Part shown: piece after piece, positions 60,031 to 64,000 of the stretch | Layout: each line of letters starts with the position of its first letter | How positions within the stretch are numbered: position 1 is the stretch's first letter | Source: Candidatus Levyibacteriota bacterium | GTDB lineage: Bacteria > Patescibacteriota > Microgenomatia > Levybacterales > UBA12049 | DNA: 64,000 nucleotides | Assembly: GCA_963716145.1 (NCBI GenBank) | Contig: OY970292.1 | Span: 1,029,404-1,093,403 of the forward strand | Direction of reading: 5' to 3' | Notes under the pieces: model-generated | Database searches by the model: none | What the model saw: only the letters and a program-made list of their open reading frames with translations | Told to the model about the DNA's origin: nothing | Position numbers and translations under genes: made by a program

Positions 60031-60682
60031 TCTCGCAGCTGAGCAGTGTAAGGAGTCGGGACAGGTAGAAGGTACAGAGTCATATAAGGATTGTGTGAAA
60101 GCACAGAAAAAGGTAAATAAAAAGCAGGATGATCTTTGTTATGACTCACCACTTTATTTATATGGAAAAGAGGGACAAAAAGTGGATGTAAAAGTAAACA
60201 CACCGGTATATAATTCAGTACCCGGTTACAACAACGGTTACTCAACAACACTACTTGGAGGAGGAAACGTATCGATAAACGGAGTAAATTATGACAGCAT
60301 AAGCTATGATTACAAGCCTGCGCTGAGAAGAATAACGGCTCCAACTCAGGGTACTATTGTTCCTCAGAAGGATCTGGCAAAAGCCGTAAGGTCATATGCA
60401 GGCAAACTTGGATTAAATGCCAAAGAAGCAGTTGACATAGTTGCGTATGCAGAGGAAAATGTAAAAGCGCCGTACGTTTTTGTCTCCTTCTTTGATCACA
60501 ATAAATCTCAAAATATCCTTCCTCTGTCATTTACACCGCAGCCGGATAATTACCAAAATGTTGTTTTTTACTTTGCTCGGCTCAAATCAGATCCCGGTTT
60601 TACTCCTAAGTCCCCGGTTTTCCCACAGCCTGTTAGCAGAACAGGCCTGACTGCTATTGAAGTTAGCGCGATTGTAGAGTAA
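59915..60682 (+). CDS. Cys-containing hypothetical domain protein; possibly the C-terminal continuation of the preceding gene via a frameshift
   Basis: Overlaps the previous ORF by 116 nt in the +1 frame. No signal peptide of its own. Contains a CRDLAAEQCKE...CVKAQ...LCY cysteine cluster. Confidence 0.3.
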   Translation: MSKKTISSFTLFISKQISLQKERSSRQASPVEGKPRCRDLAAEQCKESGQVEGTESYKDCVKAQKKVNKKQDDLCYDSPLYLYGKEGQKVDVKVNTPVYNSVPGYNNGYSTTLLGGGNVSINGVNYDSISYDYKPALRRITAPTQGTIVPQKDLAKAVRSYAGKLGLNAKEAVDIVAYAEENVKAPYVFVSFFDHNKSQNILPLSFTPQPDNYQNVVFYFARLKSDPGFTPKSPVFPQPVSRTGLTAIEVSAIVE

Positions 60683-60695
60683 TATATAGTTAATT

Positions 60696-61139
60696 ATGAA
60701 GCGGTTATTTTTATTCTTCTTTGCTCTTCTATTTTTTATTTTCCCATCTGTTGCCTCAGCGCAGATTACTACAACGGGCAAACTCATTACGGTTGACCGG
60801 GGAAAGCAGATGCTTTATGCCTGGGAGGGAGGACGCATTATCAATCAAACTCCTGTCTCAACCGGCATGTATTACACGCCGACAGTAAAGGGGAGTTTCA
60901 AAATCTACCGTAAAATTCCGCTTCAGGATATGAAAGGAAGTTACCCACCGTATCCGCCGTATTTCACCAAAAATGTGCCGAATGTGATGTATTTTTACGG
61001 AGCATACGCTATCCATGGAACTTACTGGCATAATGCTTTTGGTTCCCGTGCCAGCCACGGATGTGTCAATGTCCCGGTTCCATTCTCCGCTTGGCTCTAT
61101 GGCTGGGCCGACCAGGGGACAAGAGTTGAAGTATTTTGA
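60696..61139 (+). CDS. L,D-transpeptidase (YkuD domain)
   Basis: Signal peptide. Catalytic HGTYWHNAFGSRASHGCVNVP (H...SHGC). Confidence 0.75.
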   Translation: MKRLFLFFFALLFFIFPSVASAQITTTGKLITVDRGKQMLYAWEGGRIINQTPVSTGMYYTPTVKGSFKIYRKIPLQDMKGSYPPYPPYFTKNVPNVMYFYGAYAIHGTYWHNAFGSRASHGCVNVPVPFSAWLYGWADQGTRVEVF

Positions 61140-61575
61140 TTTGTCTATACTTTTGTGAAAAGTACTCAAAATCTACTTTTATTTGTTCTTTTGTGCCGAC
61201 AAAAGAACCAAAAGCTCGTGAGCAGCAAAGTCGCGCTAAAATTGTTTCATTCGTTAGTCGGGTCATAACACCCCATCCGCTCTAAAGGCGGGTTTCCCCT
61301 GACAACTCATTCACAATTTTCTAACGCGCTTTGTTTGAAAGCTCACCACACCAAAGATTTTTTGCCGTTCGCTGCGTAATGCATAAAAAAGTTTGCGAAT
61401 GCATCAGGGGGATTCCCCGCAAACTTGTCGGGGAGGGGGTGAAATCACCCGATAAGTGAGCAAATCTTTTGAAAGCATGGAGCGAGACTAGGCAATAGTT
61501 TTGGGCACTTTTGCTACCAAAAGTGCGAAAGAATTTGAATTTGGTTTCTTTGTCTGCACAAAGAAAGTAACCAGT

Positions 61576-62127
61576 TTATTTAAACCTCACTGGGATTATA
61601 AGTTGCTCTGCACTCTCAGGAAGATCTGAGGGATTGTTCTTCTCAAGAATCAACTTACCCTTATCAGTTTCTGAATCTTCGAATGTGATTTCTCCCTCAA
61701 AGGGAACAAATTCCTCAGTCATCCATTCACCAGTTGTAGTCATTAGTCCTGTACCTATCGGATTTCCCTTATCATCAAAAAGGGTGGCCGTGAATTGTCC
61801 CTCAAAAAACCACGTACCTCGTGCATTCCCTTTTATCTCAAGAGGGGATTTAACTATTTGCACAGGTCTGGGAGTTGTGATTTTGATTTTATCTTGAAGC
61901 TCAAGCTCATTGCCGATATTTTGGGTCAGGGTTTTACCTGATTTCGTGACACAAACAGGTGGATAACTTTCACGCACCGGATTTCCCTCTTTTACGCATT
62001 CATCAAAGGTCCCGGCCTCTTTTACCTCCGTATTATCAACTGTCGGATCTGCTGGATTTTGTGGATTGAGCCAAATGATAACCCCGCCAGCGGCTAAGAC
62101 TATAAGTACAAAAACAAACTTCCTCAT
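61576..62127 (-). CDS. Secreted/lipoprotein with a Gmad2 immunoglobulin-like domain
   Basis: Start at internal MRKFVFVLIVLAAGG (signal/TM). C-terminal GTWFFEGQFTATLFDDKGNPIGTGLMTTTGEWMTEEFVPFEGEITFE matches Gmad2 (ARVFEGSFPVRLLDANG...TGEWMTDAFVPFE). Confidence 0.55.
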   Translation of the reverse strand: MRKFVFVLIVLAAGGVIIWLNPQNPADPTVDNTEVKEAGTFDECVKEGNPVRESYPPVCVTKSGKTLTQNIGNELELQDKIKITTPRPVQIVKSPLEIKGNARGTWFFEGQFTATLFDDKGNPIGTGLMTTTGEWMTEEFVPFEGEITFEDSETDKGKLILEKNNPSDLPESAEQLIIPVRFK

Positions 62128-62225
62128 ATAAGTATTATACAAAACTTTTCCCACCCGCGCCGAAGTCTTCTAAGCAATATAATCTCTATTTCAAATTTTC
62201 CACAATAAGAGTATAATCTGTACAA

Positions 62226-62879
62226 ATGAAAATAGCCGCACAAGAACTCCTTAAAATTTTAACTGAAAAAGAGAAGCTTATTGGAGCAAAAGGAGAGATT
62301 AGCTTTACGCTAAATAATTTGCAGGTAAAAGTTAATGATAAAAATATTATTGGTAACATTATTCAGGACTGGTTAGCGCAATGGTTTAGGCATAATTCTA
62401 TTGATTTTTCAGAAGCATCAAGCACTCAGGAGTTTCCCGATTTTTATTTAAACGGAAAAGATCTCACCTCTGGGCTATTAGAGATCAAGGCATTCGATAC
62501 GAGCGCAAGCGCAAATTTCGATATAGCCAATTTTGAATCATACTGTAGTTCTTTAGTAGATAATCCATTTAGAATTAACGCTGATTATCTGATTTTCGGT
62601 TATACACTAATGAATGGTGAATTATGTATAAATAATATTTGGCTCAAAAAGATTTGGGAAATCTCTGGGCCAAGTGCGGCATATCCAGTCAAAGTGCAGC
62701 AAAAAAGAAACATGATTTATAACTTACGACCAATAACATGGTATTCAACTGTTGCTCGATCAGCAAAACCCTTCAAAAATAAAGAAGAATTTATTCATGC
62801 TTTGAGTAAGACATTGTTGCAGTATGAGAAGACTGCAAGTGCGTCTATAAAGTGGTTAAGTCAGGTGCTTGAACAGTAG
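62226..62879 (+). CDS. Putative type II restriction endonuclease (PD-(D/E)xK fold)
   Basis: FPDFYLNGKDLTSGLLEIKAFD contains PD...(E)xK catalytic spacing. Convergent with, and overlapping by 35 nt, the C5-methyltransferase gene. No similarity by eye to metabolic enzymes. Confidence 0.5.
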   Translation: MKIAAQELLKILTEKEKLIGAKGEISFTLNNLQVKVNDKNIIGNIIQDWLAQWFRHNSIDFSEASSTQEFPDFYLNGKDLTSGLLEIKAFDTSASANFDIANFESYCSSLVDNPFRINADYLIFGYTLMNGELCINNIWLKKIWEISGPSAAYPVKVQQKRNMIYNLRPITWYSTVARSAKPFKNKEEFIHALSKTLLQYEKTASASIKWLSQVLEQ

Positions 62880-64000
62880 AGTATTTACTGGTCGGAATAT
62901 CCGGTTGGATTAAGCTTTTTATTATTTTTTCAGCGACAGCCTCGATTACGTTAACTACTACAGTATTTCCTAGTAGGTCAAAGCCATCTTTTTCGGAAAT
63001 TTCTAGCTTGAAATTTTCAGGAAATCCAAAGAGTCTTAGTCCTTCTCTTAACGATAGCTTTCTGAGTCCATTTCCATCTGGTACTACTAGCCTTTCTACA
63101 TCAGTTGCAACAAGGGTAGGTGCAATATCTTTTGGGTCAAGTATTTTATTAACCTCGTAGCTTAATTTACCAGTAACGATATTGTACCCCTTTTCTATAT
63201 TCGGATTGTGCTTTCTTGATTGAATTTGATTTCCAAATAAATCAGTTTCCGTAACTATGTCTTTGGGATGTTCGAATCTTAAATACCCTTTATTTACAAG
63301 GTCTTCTAGCAATTCCTTAAGATTAGGGAGATTAATTACAGACATGATCTCATTATGCGTTAATGGCATTCCATCCATCCATTTCATTCCTTTTTTTTCT
63401 GCCCAGTGTTTTTTCCTTCTCTCTTTGAGTAGTGAGTTCAAAATGTGCTTCTGCTGTTTAGTAATTGGTCCTTTCAACTCTAAATCCCAACCGTGGATAT
63501 TACTATCTCCCCCTCGCTTGTCTTTCACTGATTTTCCATATAAGTCTTTTAAACTGTATTTATTCATTAGGTTTTTAACGAAAGGTGTTTCAAGAGTTGG
63601 TAAACCCTTTTCCAATATCATAGCTAACGTAGTCGTATTTTTGGTAGCGAAATCTAATCGAACAGTTTTTTTAAGAGTTCCAACAATGTATATGCGTTTT
63701 CTGCTTTGAGCTACGCCAAAATATTTAGAATCTAGCAAGGCCCAACTAGTCTTATATCCTAGGTCATTCAGTTTAGTAATTATTGTTTCAAGCGTCCGGC
63801 CCATTCTCTTTGTTTTATCTACGCGATCGTGCATTACTAACCCTTCAACATTTTCAAGCAAAAAACCTATTGGTTTTTTTTCTTTAAGAATTCTTTCAAC
63901 TTCAAAGAACATTGTACCTCTGGTATCTATGAAGCCTTTGCGTTTACCACCTGCGCTAAATGGTTGGCAAGGAAATCCCGCAAGGAGAAAATCAAAGTCA
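62845..64000 (-). CDS. DNA (cytosine-5) methyltransferase, N-terminus truncated by the window edge
   Basis: Motif IV ...FDFLLAGFPCQPFSAGGKRKGF at the window edge. Motif ENVEGLV, a variable target-recognition region, and a C-terminal GNTVVVNVIEAV. Confidence 0.8.
   Translation of the reverse strand, partial: DFDFLLAGFPCQPFSAGGKRKGFIDTRGTMFFEVERILKEKKPIGFLLENVEGLVMHDRVDKTKRMGRTLETIITKLNDLGYKTSWALLDSKYFGVAQSRKRIYIVGTLKKTVRLDFATKNTTTLAMILEKGLPTLETPFVKNLMNKYSLKDLYGKSVKDKRGGDSNIHGWDLELKGPITKQQKHILNSLLKERRKKHWAEKKGMKWMDGMPLTHNEIMSVINLPNLKELLEDLVNKGYLRFEHPKDIVTETDLFGNQIQSRKHNPNIEKGYNIVTGKLSYEVNKILDPKDIAPTLVATDVERLVVPDGNGLRKLSLREGLRLFGFPENFKLEISEKDGFDLLGNTVVVNVIEAVAEKIIKSLIQPDIPTSKYSTVQAPDLTTL

Overview
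This is an AT-rich, gene-dense bacterial chromosomal segment, with no rRNA, tRNA or CRISPR array that I could recognise. It carries core housekeeping genes: secA, groES-groEL (with a CIRCE-like operator), ftsK, RNase J, alaS, serS, prfB (one continuous frame), rpsT, murJ, mltG and rodZ-like. Metabolic genes include pgl-like and a short gnd, an IMPase, glgA and glgP, and a phosphorylase of the thymidine/AMP family. The dominant feature is a near-complete de novo purine cluster on the minus strand, about 28.6 to 46.2 kb. Its order is purM, a DMT transporter, purC, purE, purK, purB, purP, a histidine phosphatase, purH, a second purP, purQ, purL, tandem purS, purD and a purF-purN fusion. The two archaeal-type formate-dependent PurP paralogs sit next to a canonical PurH. 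The cluster is preceded by a sigma70-like promoter plus a terminator-like leader hairpin. Other notable content is a secreted Kelch beta-propeller + M23 peptidase protein in an operon with two membrane-anchored paralogs built from an unrecognised ~120-aa domain repeated at least three times, a Lon-like AAA+ ATPase lacking both the Lon N-domain and the S16 protease domain, a sortase adjacent to a 777-aa FtsA/PilM-like membrane protein, and a CofE-like / RibD_C-like / YhhQ-like trio. A convergent type II restriction-modification pair (PD-(D/E)xK nuclease + C5-cytosine methyltransferase) lies at the right edge, with the methyltransferase truncated by the window end. Three copies of a ~100-bp palindromic intergenic repeat are present. 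There are several promoter-associated non-coding stretches that may be structured RNAs, which I could not assign to a known family. At least four single-nucleotide deletions, mostly in A/T runs, break otherwise conserved genes (the Kelch-M23 gene, purC, and purD twice). This points to homopolymer indel errors or to real pseudogenisation, so split ORFs here should be read with caution.
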